NCBI GenBank assembly: GCA_035602855.1
Contig: DATNLN010000042.1
Span: forward strand, 14,645-78,644
Reading direction: 5' to 3'
Source of the DNA: Candidatus Acidiferrales bacterium
GTDB lineage: Bacteria > Acidobacteriota > Terriglobia > Acidiferrales > UBA7541
DNA: 64,000 bases
Part shown: positions 19,358 to 28,586 of the stretch, piece by piece
Numbering within the stretch: position 1 is the stretch's first letter
Layout of the letters: the number at the start of each line of letters is the position of its first letter
The notes under the pieces: model-generated
The model's database searches: none
The model's input: the letters and a program-made list of their open reading frames with translations, nothing else
What the model was told of the DNA's origin: nothing
Made by a program: the position numbers and the translations under genes

Positions 19358-21007
19358 CTATGCGGCGCTGGTTACGGCGCCCAGCGATGCCGATGTAACA
19401 AGCTTGGCGTATTTGGCCATCACGCCCGTGGTGTAATTCGGCGCGGGCGCTTTCCACTGCGCGCGGCGCGCTTCCAGATCGGCCGCGACGTCCAGACGCC
19501 GCGCTTTTACATCCAGAGTAATAATGTCGCCATCACGCAACAGCGCAATCGGCCCGCCATTGGCGGCTTCCGGCGCCACGTGGCCCACCATTAGCCCATG
19601 AGTCGCGCCGCTGAAACGCCCGTCGGTGATCAACGCGATCTTGTCGCCAATACCTTGGCCGACCAGCGCGCCGGTGACTGCGAGCATTTCGCGCATGCCC
19701 GGCCCGCCTTTGGGGCCTTCGTAACGAATGACGATCACGTCTCCGGGCTGAATCTGGCGGCCCTGTACCGCTGCGAACGCGGCTTCTTCCGAATCGAACA
19801 CGCGCGCCGGTCCGCTGTGCAACACGCGCTCGTGCCCGGCGAGTTTCACCACGCAGCCTTCCGGCGCAATCGAACCGTGCAAAATCGCCAGGCCGCCGTC
19901 GGCCTTGATAGGCTTTGCGAGCGGCCGCACCACTTCCTGGCCCGCTGTTTCGCTCGCGTCGCTGATTTCTTCGAACAGCTTTCGTCCCGATGCCGTGATC
20001 CCGTCTTTCAGCAGCCCCGCTTCTAGCAAACGCTGCCCAAGCACGCGCATGCCGCCCGCGCGGAACATATCCGGCGCGTTAAATCGCCCCCCAGGTTTCA
20101 AATCCGCCAGCACAGGAGTCTTCGCGGAAATCTCATCGAAATCTTTCAACGCGAGCGGCACCCCCGCGTCGGAGGCAATCGCCAGCAGATGCAGTACGGC
20201 GTTGGTCGAGCCGCCGCTGGAGGCAACTGACGCAATCGCGTTGTGCAGCGATTCCCGCGTAATGATTTGCTTGGGGCGAATGTCGTCCTTCAGCAACTGC
20301 ATCACCAGCTTGCCGCAATCGAACGCCGCCTTGCCCTTGCGCGGATCCGTGGCCGGAATTTCGTTCGCGCCCATCGGCGAAATTCCCAGAAATGTGAGCG
20401 CCATAGCCATCGTGTTCGCAGTAAATTGTCCGCCGCACGCGCCCGCGCCAGGACACGCCACGTCTTCCAGCTCGCCCAGCTGCTTTTCGGTCATTTTGCC
20501 GGCGGCGCAGGCGCCCACTGCTTCGAACACATCCATAATCGTGACTTCGCGCCCCGCAAAATGTCCCGCCAGAATCGAGCCGCCGTACAGCGAAAGGGAA
20601 GGCAGGTTCAGGCGCGCCAGCGCCATCACCGTGCCGGGGATGGTCTTGTCGCAGCCGCAAATCGCCACCACCGCATCGAACGCGTGCGCGCGCACGAAAA
20701 GCTCGATGGAATCGGCTATCACTTCGCGTGAAACCAGCGAAGCCTTCATGCCTTCGGTGCCCATGGTGATGCCGTCGGAAATTGTGATGGTGTCAAACTC
20801 GATGGGCGTGCCACCCGCCGCGCGCACGCCGGCCTTCACGCGCTCGGCCAGTTGCCGCAAATGAAAATTGCAGGGAGTAACTTCGGTCCAGGTATTGGCT
20901 ATGGCCACGAGCGGACGCGCCAAATCGGCGTCGGTGAGGCCGGTGGCCTTCAGCATTGCGCGGGCGGGCGCGCGGGAAATCCCCTTCTTGATGGCATCGC
21001 TTTGCAT
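19358..21007 (-). CDS. ilvD: dihydroxy-acid dehydratase
   Basis: [17 protein letters not shown] motifs. Start set at ATG 21007 ([23 protein letters not shown]), preceded by AAGGAC. The track ORF extends to 21181. Confidence 0.9.
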   Translation of the reverse strand: MQSDAIKKGISRAPARAMLKATGLTDADLARPLVAIANTWTEVTPCNFHLRQLAERVKAGVRAAGGTPIEFDTITISDGITMGTEGMKASLVSREVIADSIELFVRAHAFDAVVAICGCDKTIPGTVMALARLNLPSLSLYGGSILAGHFAGREVTIMDVFEAVGACAAGKMTEKQLGELEDVACPGAGACGGQFTANTMAMALTFLGISPMGANEIPATDPRKGKAAFDCGKLVMQLLKDDIRPKQIITRESLHNAIASVASSGGSTNAVLHLLAIASDAGVPLALKDFDEISAKTPVLADLKPGGRFNAPDMFRAGGMRVLGQRLLEAGLLKDGITASGRKLFEEISDASETAGQEVVRPLAKPIKADGGLAILHGSIAPEGCVVKLAGHERVLHSGPARVFDSEEAAFAAVQGRQIQPGDVIVIRYEGPKGGPGMREMLAVTGALVGQGIGDKIALITDGRFSGATHGLMVGHVAPEAANGGPIALLRDGDIITLDVKARRLDVAADLEARRAQWKAPAPNYTTGVMAKYAKLVTSASLGAVTSAA

Positions 21008-21059
21008 GTTGTCCTTAGTAGTAGGCGTCCGGCAGGGGGATAAGTCCAATTTGTAATTC

Positions 21060-21088
21060 TTGGCAAATTCATAAAAGAAGCTTATATA
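21060..21088 (+). promoter_or_regulatory. sigma70-like promoter P1 (TTGGCA-17-TATATA)
   Basis: Read directly: TTGGCA 21060-21065, 17-nt spacer, TATATA 21083-21088. Confidence 0.4.
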
Positions 21089-21107
21089 TGATTTCTGCAC
21101 GCCGCGC

Positions 21108-21136
21108 TTGACGCTGCCCCCCGGCTTTCGTATAGT
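21108..21136 (+). promoter_or_regulatory. sigma70-like promoter P2 (TTGACG-17-TATAGT)
   Basis: Read directly: TTGACG 21108-21113, 17-nt spacer, TATAGT 21131-21136. The predicted TSS near 21143 would start the leader RNA. Confidence 0.5.
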
Positions 21137-21173
21137 GATGTCTGGTAAGCTTTTAAAAGGACACACAAGGCGC

Positions 21174-21278
21174 GTGGGCAATAAGTTCTATTACCGTTTC
21201 GCTTTTACCAGCCGCTTCCCTTATACCGGGGAGCGGGCCGGCGAGACGCGCGCGGATCAGGTAACACGCAGCAAATAA
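21174..21278 (+). CDS. 34-codon Phe/Tyr-rich leader peptide ORF
   Basis: GTG GGC AAT AAG TTC TAT TAC CGT TTC GCT TTT ACC AGC CGC TTC CCT TAT ... TAA encodes [34 protein letters not shown]. An in-frame ATG at 21138 is an alternative start. Confidence 0.5.
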   Translation: MGNKFYYRFAFTSRFPYTGERAGETRADQVTRSK

Positions 21279-21303
21279 GAACCGCACCAAGTCTTCTAAG
21301 CCG

Positions 21304-21343
21304 GCCGCGACCCCCCAAGGGGAACGCGGCTTTTTTTGTTTTT
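21304..21343 (+). terminator. intrinsic terminator / attenuator hairpin
   Basis: GCCGCG-ACCCCCCAAGGGGAA-CGCGGC (inner CCCC/GGGG pairs) followed by TTTTTTTGTTTTT. It ends 40 nt upstream of the chorismate mutase ATG. Confidence 0.7.
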
Positions 21344-21382
21344 GGCGACATTTTCATCGCGAGGTAAAGGGGGAAAAGCGGG

Positions 21383-21727
21383 ATGAGTGAAATCAAGATT
21401 GGCGATTGGCGCGCGAAAATTGACGCGATTGACACCACTCTGCTGCACCTGCTCAACGTGCGCGCGGGCTTTGCGCTGGAGGTCGGCCGGCTGAAGGGCG
21501 CGCGTGGCATCGCTCTGCGCGTCCCCGCGCGCGAACAGGAAATTCTCGTGCGCATGAAAAAGCTAAACCCAGGGCCGCTCGATAGCGAAGCCGTGGACAA
21601 AATCTACAGTCAAATCTTGCATGAATCCATTCGCATTCAGGCGGACCACGGTTTGGGCTCGACGGAGGTTCCCAAACACGGCAAGACGCGCTTGACGGAA
21701 AAACGCCGCAAGGTGGCGGCAGCATGA
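21383..21727 (+). CDS. chorismate mutase (AroQ class)
   Basis: 114 aa. WRAKIDAIDTTLLHLLNVRAGFALEVGRLK helix typical of AroQ chorismate mutases. Confidence 0.8.
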   Translation: MSEIKIGDWRAKIDAIDTTLLHLLNVRAGFALEVGRLKGARGIALRVPAREQEILVRMKKLNPGPLDSEAVDKIYSQILHESIRIQADHGLGSTEVPKHGKTRLTEKRRKVAAA

Positions 21728-22614
21728 AAAGCGCAGCCACAGCGCGCATCGCGTTTCAAGGTGAACGTGGAGCATTCAGCGAGGAAGCTGCGCTGAAGCT
21801 GCTCGGCGCAGACGTCACGCTGGTGCCGTGCGCAACGTTCGATGCGACGTTTTCCGCCATCAAGAGGCAGGCCGCGGATTACGTGCTCGCGCCGATGGAG
21901 AACAGCCTGGCAGGCTCCGTGCATCGCTCATTCGATCTACTCGTCGAAAGCGGCCTGCACATCGTCGGCGAAGTGATCATCCCGATCGTGCACAACCTGA
22001 TCGGCGTGCCGCGAGCAACGCTTGAGCGCATCGCCTCGGTGGAATCGCATCCCGTGGCGCTTGCACAGTGCGAGCAATTCTTCATCGCGCATCCGCAGCT
22101 GAAACGAATTCCCGCCGAAGACACTGCAGGCAGCGTCCGCGAAGTGATGCGCGCAGCAGATCCCACGCGCGCGGCGATCGCCAGTCGACGCGCCGCAGAG
22201 TTATATGAGGGAGTGATTCTGCTCGAGCATCTGGAAGACGACCGCGAAAATTACACGCGCTTCTTCCTGCTCGCGCCATCCGCCGCGCAGCCACAGGATC
22301 TTGGCGCCGCCTCCGCACCCGATAAAATCTCGCTCGTATTTCAGCTGGCGCACAAACCGGGCGCTCTGCATCACGCTCTTGAGCCTTTCGCCCGCCGCAA
22401 TATCAACATGATGAAAATTGAAAGCCGCCCCGTGCACGGTCGTCCATGGCAATACCGTTTTTATCTCGACCTTCAGGCTGCCGCGAGCGATCCCGAATTT
22501 GCGGCCGCGCTGACCGAACTCGCGCTGCAAGCTGCGGAACTGAAAATTCTTGGCTCGTACAAATCGGCGGAAACTTCGCCGGCCGGTAAATTCGCCTCTG
22601 AGGGGATGCAATGA
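21724..22614 (+). CDS. pheA: prephenate dehydratase with C-terminal ACT domain
   Basis: 296 aa. TRFFLL and ESRP motifs. ATGA overlap with the chorismate mutase gene. Confidence 0.85.
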   Translation: MKSAATARIAFQGERGAFSEEAALKLLGADVTLVPCATFDATFSAIKRQAADYVLAPMENSLAGSVHRSFDLLVESGLHIVGEVIIPIVHNLIGVPRATLERIASVESHPVALAQCEQFFIAHPQLKRIPAEDTAGSVREVMRAADPTRAAIASRRAAELYEGVILLEHLEDDRENYTRFFLLAPSAAQPQDLGAASAPDKISLVFQLAHKPGALHHALEPFARRNINMMKIESRPVHGRPWQYRFYLDLQAAASDPEFAAALTELALQAAELKILGSYKSAETSPAGKFASEGMQ

Positions 22615-23666
22615 TCATCAACATGGCCGTAAACGCAACGGAAGAGCAGATCGACCACGTCGTGAAACGCATTCAGGAATGCGGTTTTCAAGCGCATCTG
22701 AGCCGCGGGGAGGAACGAGCCGTGATCGGAGTCGTGGGCAAAAGCGAAAAGCATCGCGGAGAACTGGAAGCGCTGCAAGCGGCGCCCGGCGTCGAGGAAA
22801 TCATCCGCATCACGCATCCCTTCAAGCTCGCGTCCAGGAATTTTCGCCCCGAAGGCTCGGTCGTCGAGCTCAGCAAGGACGTTTCCATCGGCGGAACGGA
22901 AATTGTGGCGGCGGCCGGGCCGTGCGCCGTCGAGTCCGCGGCGCAGATCGGCGAGGTCGCGGAAAAAGTGGCGCGTGCCGGCGCAAAACTGCTGCGTGGC
23001 GGCGCTTTCAAGCCGCGCTCGTCACCCTATTCCTTCCAAGGCCTTGGCGAAGAAGGTCTGAAGCTCATGCGCGCCGCCGCCGACGACAACGGCTTGCTCG
23101 TCGTCAGCGAAGTGATGGACCCGTCGCAGATTGAGGTGATGTTGCCTTACGTGGACGTGCTGCAAGTAGGCGCGCGCAATATGCAGAATTATTATCTGCT
23201 GCGCGCTCTCGGCGAAATTCAGAAGCCGGTGCTGCTCAAGCGGGGCATGTCCGCCACCATCGAGGAACTACTGCTCAGCGCCGAGTACATCATGGCTGGT
23301 GGAAACTACAACGTGATTTTGTGCGAGCGCGGCATCCGGACCTTCGATACCTACATGCGCAACACCATGGACATCGCCGCGATTCCGGTGATCAAGCAGC
23401 TTTCGCACCTGCCGGTGGTCGCCGATCCGTCGCACGGCACCGGACGCCGCGACAAAGTCGCTGCCATGGCCCGCGCCGCAGTAGCCGCCGGCGCCGACGG
23501 CCTGCTCATCGAAGTCCATCAAGATCCCGAGCGCGCCCTCTCCGACGGCGCCCAATCCCTCTACCCCGATCAATTCGCACAACTGATGGCCGAAGCAAGG
23601 ATGATCGCTCCAGCCGTAGGCCGCCGCATCGCGGAGGAGAAGGCGCACCAGCGGGCCGCGGTGTGA
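22611..23666 (+). CDS. 3-deoxy-7-phosphoheptulonate (DAHP) synthase, type I-beta with N-terminal ferredoxin-like regulatory domain
   Basis: 351 aa. [13 protein letters not shown] and [10 protein letters not shown] motifs. About 70-aa N-terminal extension like the Thermotoga-type enzyme. Confidence 0.85.
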   Translation: MIINMAVNATEEQIDHVVKRIQECGFQAHLSRGEERAVIGVVGKSEKHRGELEALQAAPGVEEIIRITHPFKLASRNFRPEGSVVELSKDVSIGGTEIVAAAGPCAVESAAQIGEVAEKVARAGAKLLRGGAFKPRSSPYSFQGLGEEGLKLMRAAADDNGLLVVSEVMDPSQIEVMLPYVDVLQVGARNMQNYYLLRALGEIQKPVLLKRGMSATIEELLLSAEYIMAGGNYNVILCERGIRTFDTYMRNTMDIAAIPVIKQLSHLPVVADPSHGTGRRDKVAAMARAAVAAGADGLLIEVHQDPERALSDGAQSLYPDQFAQLMAEARMIAPAVGRRIAEEKAHQRAAV

Positions 23667-23681
23667 AGCAGTGGGCAGTGT

Positions 23682-23969
23682 GTGGTGAGCGGTGAAGTTT
23701 CTCGGGCTTCTATACCTATCGCTATTAGTGTCGGAGTCGTCACCTGGTCGCCGGACTCGAAAGCCGTTGCGTTACTATTGTCTGCGCAGCGCTCCGGGTT
23801 CGGACCCTTGGATCTGCTCGGCGCTTGCTCCGACCACCCGATTCACTACAAATCCTTCGGCTTCCTGATATTGACCGTCGAGGACCGCAGGTCCGTCAGC
23901 GTGCTGCGTTTTGCAGGTCGATACGCAAGCGGCGAGATTGCGATCGCGTGGGAACTGGCGCACGGCTAG
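23682..23969 (+). CDS. hypothetical small protein (weak call)
   Basis: 95-aa ORF. The third-codon-position G/C bias looks coding only from about 23735 onward. No recognisable motif. Confidence 0.3.
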   Translation: MVSGEVSRASIPIAISVGVVTWSPDSKAVALLLSAQRSGFGPLDLLGACSDHPIHYKSFGFLILTVEDRRSVSVLRFAGRYASGEIAIAWELAHG

Positions 23970-24231
23970 TCTCACGATTCGCTCCGATTTCTGATCGCAA
24001 GACAATCGCGGTTGGTCATCCTCTCTACCACTCGAATGAACTCGTTCGAACCCACAAGCCCTCGCGCCGGGGCCAAGGGTGCCGACTCGCCGTACAGCAT
24101 ATCGTTCACACCGCTAAGGCCTTGTAGGTATAGCGTGGTTTCGCGCGAGTGTTACTCTCCCTCCACCCGATGCACGTAGGCCACGCAAGCCTAGTGGGCT
24201 CAGCGGATCAAGACCTTAGGAGGAAACGCGC

Positions 24232-25089
24232 ATGGCGACACGAACATTGCCTGTACCGGATCAAACTTGGCCACATGAACACGATACGAGGAATGAGGCG
24301 CACTCGTCCGGGGTGTCTTGGCCTGCCGTAATTGCCGGAGCATTCGTGGCGGCGGCTTTGTCGCTGATACTGCTGGCTTTGGGCACCGGCATCGGCCTTT
24401 CCGCAATTTCGCCCTGGGAAGGCGCGGGCGCATCCGCTTCCGCCGTAGGTCGAACAGCAATCGTCTGGTTCATTCTCACCGAGCTGATTGCATCGTCCAT
24501 TGGCGGCTATCTCGCGGGCCGGCTACGCACGAAGTGGGTGAATATTCACACCGACGAAGTATATTTTCGCGATACGGCGCATGGTTTTCTGGTATGGGCA
24601 GTAGGCTTGGTTATCACCGCGGCGTTTTTGGCGTCCTCGGTCGCATCGGTAGGTAGAAATGCGCGCGCCAACTCTGCAGCAGCAGAGGGCTCCTCCGCTG
24701 CGGCTTCCCGTAGCGCCTTCGGCCCCAATGAATATCTCGTGGATTCGCTGCTGCGCACTACTCCGCCTAGGACCGGCCAGGATGATGCTGCGCTGCGCAG
24801 CGAGGTAGGCGTGATTTTCCTGAACGGCCTGCGCGAAGGAAATATTCCAGCGGCCGATAAGGGCTATCTGGCGCAAATACTAGTGGCAAGAACAGGAATC
24901 AGCGAAGCCGAGGCTGAAAAAAGAGTGGATGACACTTTTGCACAAGCAATCCAAGCCGCCGACACAGCGCGCAAGGCCGTGGCGCATTCGATGTACTGGA
25001 CCTTCCTCGCTCTGTTGATCGGCGCATTTTGCGCCAGCTTCGCCGCAACCATCGGCGGCAAGCAGCGTGATCGCGTAGTCATCGTCTGA
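24232..25089 (+). CDS. hypothetical integral membrane protein
   Basis: 285 aa. GGAGG 8 nt upstream of the ATG. About 4 TM segments flanking a soluble central region. Confidence 0.6.
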   Translation: MATRTLPVPDQTWPHEHDTRNEAHSSGVSWPAVIAGAFVAAALSLILLALGTGIGLSAISPWEGAGASASAVGRTAIVWFILTELIASSIGGYLAGRLRTKWVNIHTDEVYFRDTAHGFLVWAVGLVITAAFLASSVASVGRNARANSAAAEGSSAAASRSAFGPNEYLVDSLLRTTPPRTGQDDAALRSEVGVIFLNGLREGNIPAADKGYLAQILVARTGISEAEAEKRVDDTFAQAIQAADTARKAVAHSMYWTFLALLIGAFCASFAATIGGKQRDRVVIV

Positions 25090-25119
25090 CGAATTCCATT
25101 TCCATAGGAGGTCTGGCCC

Positions 25120-25197
25120 ATGCGTTCCATCATATTGCTGCTGCTCGGCGTTCCGATTCCCCTGATTATTCTGATCGGTCTGTTCAGTCACTTTTGA
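25120..25197 (+). CDS. 25-aa hydrophobic micropeptide (below the track cutoff)
   Basis: GGAGG at 25106-25110, 9 nt upstream of the ATG. Encodes MRSIILLLLGVPIPLIILIGLFSHF, then TGA at 25195-25197. Confidence 0.45.
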   Translation: MRSIILLLLGVPIPLIILIGLFSHF

Positions 25198-25294
25198 TCG
25201 CGCAATTGGGTCGCACTTCGGTCGCTCCGGTTGGGTGGCAAGGAAGCGCTGCGCTTCGCGCTTTTCGCTGGCGGCCGCAATACCGCGTGTCCCT

Positions 25295-25864
25295 TCAGTC
25301 ACCCTGCTCCGCGATGAACGCATCCACCGTGAGAACGGTTGCCTGCGCCGGGAAAATTTTCTCGGTGAGGACGCGGTGAACTTCCTCGTCGGGGTCGAAG
25401 CAGGCGTCCTTGAGGACTACGCAGCTGAAGTCGAGATCGGCCGCGCGCCGTAGCGTGGAGAGCGCAATGCCGCTGGTGGAAATTCCGAAGAACACCAGAT
25501 TTTCAATGCCAAGCGAACGCAGAATCAGGTGCAGCTGGTTCTCCGAAAATGCGCCGACTCGCTGCTTATACACCACCAGATCTTCGGGCCGCACGACGGC
25601 GCTGTGGAATTCGACGGAGGGCGTGCCGATTACGAAGAGATTGTTTTCCTTCAGGCGCTTGAAGCGGGATTCGCCAGCCGGAATTTCAGGATGGCCGGCG
25701 GAAAATCCCAGTCCCACGTGAATGATGCGAAATTGCTTCTTGCGTGCAAACTCTACGGCTTTGGCACCGTTTGGGATGATGGCTTCGGCAGCGGGAACAA
25801 ATCCAAGAATTTCTTTCTGGTAATCGAGAGTCAGCAAAGCTGTCTTTTTCGGATCAAGTTTCAT
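25295..25864 (-). CDS. isochorismatase / cysteine hydrolase family protein
   Basis: 189 aa. TALLTLDYQ start and GISTSG...STLRRA core typical of the fold. Confidence 0.7.
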   Translation of the reverse strand: MKLDPKKTALLTLDYQKEILGFVPAAEAIIPNGAKAVEFARKKQFRIIHVGLGFSAGHPEIPAGESRFKRLKENNLFVIGTPSVEFHSAVVRPEDLVVYKQRVGAFSENQLHLILRSLGIENLVFFGISTSGIALSTLRRAADLDFSCVVLKDACFDPDEEVHRVLTEKIFPAQATVLTVDAFIAEQGD

Positions 25865-26054
25865 GTGGCTTCCTTTCTAGCGTGTTCGATGACTTCCAAA
25901 ATCAGATTGCCCCCGTCGCATCAGGGAGCGCGATGCTGCCATCGCCTGACCTCGCAGCCGCGGTGTTGCGATCGGCTCCGCGGCTACGGGTCCTTATTTA
26001 CATCCGTTCGGCCCGCATGCGATACTTCCCGAACTGAGGGACGGAGGTACGTCC

Positions 26055-26957
26055 ATGCGTAGCTCGATTCGTGCAGTTTCCTTTTTCTCGGCGGTTCTCG
26101 CCGCAGTCCTGCCTTGCGTAATCGCGAACCCGGCTTTTGCGTCGGGCGAAGACAAGCCGGCGACGGCGTCTAGTGTGCCGTCTGGCACCGTGGTCCGGCC
26201 GGATCGCGAAAAGAAAGTGTACACCAACGACGACATTGACCGGATGTGGCCGAAGGAGCGAGCGGCGGCCAGTGAAGCTCAGTCGTATCCAACCAACGCG
26301 ACTACGCTGCCAGCAGCGCGGCGGACAGCTGCTGTTTCTAGCGCTGCCAGCGGCGCAACTGTGCAACCTAGCCGTGATAATAATCCTGTCTGGTACGCGG
26401 CACAGGTTGCATCGCTCTACGCGGAACTGGACAGCTTGAGCCATCGAGAAGAAAGCTTGCGCGATTTCCGCGCGACCGGCTCGGATGCCGGCGTGACCGT
26501 CGGGCTGCAATTCGATGCGCCGTGCGAAGGCATCACCACGGATAACGCGATCCAGCAGCTGGCAATCCGCAGGCAAGAAATCGAGCAGCAGCTCAACGAT
26601 CTTCAAGAAACCGCGCAGCAGAATGGCGTCCCACCCGCTGTATTTCAGGACCCATCCGAAATTCTGCAAGCCGCGCGCAAACCGCTGAGCCCGGGACAGG
26701 AACGAGCGGTGCTTATAGAAAGGCAGAGTGAGTTGACCGCCAGACTCGACGGCGTGCAGAACCAACTCGCGGCCATGTCCGACCAAGCCGCGGCGCAGGG
26801 GATCGTGCTGCTGCCGCCGACGCCAGCCTGGGGCGGCAACCTGACCACGAACCGGATCCAAAGCCTCGACGAGCGCGCCAACCAGCTGCAGAATGCGCTC
26901 AGCGAAAACGAAGACGCCGCCAAGCAAGCAGGCCTCGCGCCCTCCACGCTGCCTTAA
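26055..26957 (+). CDS. secreted hypothetical protein, coiled-coil rich
   Basis: Signal peptide MRSSIRAVSFFSAVLAAVLPCVIANPAFA. Good third-codon-position G/C bias. The overlapping 351-aa minus-strand ORF is judged a shadow ORF. Confidence 0.6.
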   Translation: MRSSIRAVSFFSAVLAAVLPCVIANPAFASGEDKPATASSVPSGTVVRPDREKKVYTNDDIDRMWPKERAAASEAQSYPTNATTLPAARRTAAVSSAASGATVQPSRDNNPVWYAAQVASLYAELDSLSHREESLRDFRATGSDAGVTVGLQFDAPCEGITTDNAIQQLAIRRQEIEQQLNDLQETAQQNGVPPAVFQDPSEILQAARKPLSPGQERAVLIERQSELTARLDGVQNQLAAMSDQAAAQGIVLLPPTPAWGGNLTTNRIQSLDERANQLQNALSENEDAAKQAGLAPSTLP

Positions 26958-27205
26958 AGACAAACGTATTTCCACGTGAGCTCGGGCACAGACTTCCGTC
27001 GGCCCCCCCGCCAGGCGCCGCCGGTTGTGTTCTCGCGGCCTTGAGCACTTCACAGCGGTTTTTTGTCTCGCAATCCGCCTTGCGTACGAGACTTAGCGTC
27101 CTACATCGCTGACGGAACTTTTTTACAGGGAATACCCGAGGGGAGATTTTTCTTGCGGCTGCTATGATTTGGTTCGCCCGCCCTATTTTATTAAAGAGGT
27201 GGGTT

Positions 27206-27547
27206 GTGCAAAAAACTTCAGGGCTACGCAACACGTTATTGCTTCTTTTTGGCACTACTTGCTTGATCGCGGGCCAATCGAACCTGCTCCATGCTTCTGT
27301 TGCGCCGTCACCCTTCGTGCGGCTGGCGCCCGGCGATGAACCGGCGTCTGCAACGTTTGCGGGCAAGATTGTTTCGCAGAACGGCGACCGATTCATTCTG
27401 CGCGACGACGCAAACGAAGTGTGGTACCACCTGGATGATCAAGCGCAGGCGCAAAGGCATTTTGGGAAGGACGTGGTGGTGACCGGAGTTCTGGATGGGC
27501 GCTCGGACATGATTCACGTCCGGAACATCGTCGAAGTGAAGCCGTAA
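27206..27547 (+). CDS. DUF5818-like small secreted protein
   Basis: Pattern FAGKIVSQNGDRFILRDDANEVWYHLDDQAQAQRHFGKDVVVTGVLD. GTG 27206 preceded by AGAGGTGGG. The track start is 27164. Confidence 0.55.
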   Translation: MQKTSGLRNTLLLLFGTTCLIAGQSNLLHASVAPSPFVRLAPGDEPASATFAGKIVSQNGDRFILRDDANEVWYHLDDQAQAQRHFGKDVVVTGVLDGRSDMIHVRNIVEVKP

Positions 27548-27593
27548 GCAAAAACGTGGGCGGGGCGAACCAAGACCCTATTTCGCGCGCCGC

Positions 27594-28541
27594 TCAGCGA
27601 GATTCGCTGGCATGGAATGCGCCAGGGGGCACAGTCGCCGGGCGGGCCGCAGTCGGGTCAGGGGGCGGCATCTGGTTAACGACCGTGACTCCTGACGATG
27701 CCCATGTGAGCTGGCCTTTGCTGCTCGCGATTTCCTCTACAATCTTGGCGAACAAGCGATCTTGCATGGTGGTGCGCTTGGCATAGTCCACCACGTAGTT
27801 GAGAGTAAATTCCAAAGAGCCGGCATTTACTGCGAGGGCGACGACGGGCTCAATGGGAGGATTTTCGGAGCGATAGTCGTCACTCACCGCGTTCCAGGAA
27901 TTTTGCGCTTCCACCAAGTACTCTCCGATTACCTCATGGGCGACGCGCAGAAGCATGGTTCGAGCCGCAGCAGCATCGCTGGTAATGGTAAGCACCACTT
28001 TAATCTGGTCCCAGATGAAACGGAATCCTTGCGAGTAGTTAAAAACCGAATTTTTCAAGACAGTGTTATTGGGGATGCGTACGATGCGGCCGCTGTACAA
28101 GTCGCGGCCGACCCAGCTGCCGACTTCCATCAAGGTGGTGCGCAGCAAGCCGATGTCAATCACGTCGCCGCGAGTATCGCCGATCTGAACTCTATCTCCG
28201 ACGGTGTAGAGCTTGGAAAATCCGATCGAGAACGCGCCGGCAATACTAGCCAGCACATCCTGCAGAGCAACGGCCACGCCAGCGCCAGCCACTCCGAGGG
28301 CAAAGCTGAGGCGGCCCAGGCGGTCTTCAAACAGGATCGAGACGAAAAGAAGAATCGCGATGTAGCCGGAAAACACCACGAACTTGCGAACTCGATAGCG
28401 TTCATCAACGCGGCCAAAGTGACGGGGCAGAGTTTGTTCGAGTACGCGAAAGCCGGCATGAATCAGCAGGATGCCGACAATCGCGGCAATGCACTTGCCG
28501 AGCAACGAGAGCGACATTGTCTCTTTGAGGAGCTCGTTCAC
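27594..28541 (-). CDS. mechanosensitive ion channel (MscS family)
   Basis: 315 aa. TM helices followed by GDRVQIGDTRGDVIDIGLLRTTLME. Confidence 0.8.
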   Translation of the reverse strand: MNELLKETMSLSLLGKCIAAIVGILLIHAGFRVLEQTLPRHFGRVDERYRVRKFVVFSGYIAILLFVSILFEDRLGRLSFALGVAGAGVAVALQDVLASIAGAFSIGFSKLYTVGDRVQIGDTRGDVIDIGLLRTTLMEVGSWVGRDLYSGRIVRIPNNTVLKNSVFNYSQGFRFIWDQIKVVLTITSDAAAARTMLLRVAHEVIGEYLVEAQNSWNAVSDDYRSENPPIEPVVALAVNAGSLEFTLNYVVDYAKRTTMQDRLFAKIVEEIASSKGQLTWASSGVTVVNQMPPPDPTAARPATVPPGAFHASESR

Positions 28542-28586
28542 GCGTTCACCATGTTACTGAAGTTGCGGCCACGAATGCGGGCGGCG

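Noticed and set aside
21008-21130. Minus-strand upstream ORF (ATG AAT TTG CCA ... CTA CTA CTA ...) as a possible Leu/Ile/Val leader peptide for the ilv operon.
   Set aside because: It is not enriched in branched-chain codons beyond three CTA codons, it overlaps the ilvD start out of frame, and no associated terminator was found.
21143-21343. Possibility that the promoter-to-terminator unit is a known housekeeping sRNA (SRP/4.5S, 6S, RNase P, tmRNA) or a T-box.
   Set aside because: I found no SRP domain IV motif (GGAA tetraloop / AGCAGC context), no RNase P GAGGAAAGUCC box, no tRNA-like end and no T-box AGGGTGGTACCGCG-like sequence. The Phe/Tyr-rich ORF plus terminator fits an attenuator better. 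An sRNA role cannot be fully excluded without a covariance-model scan.
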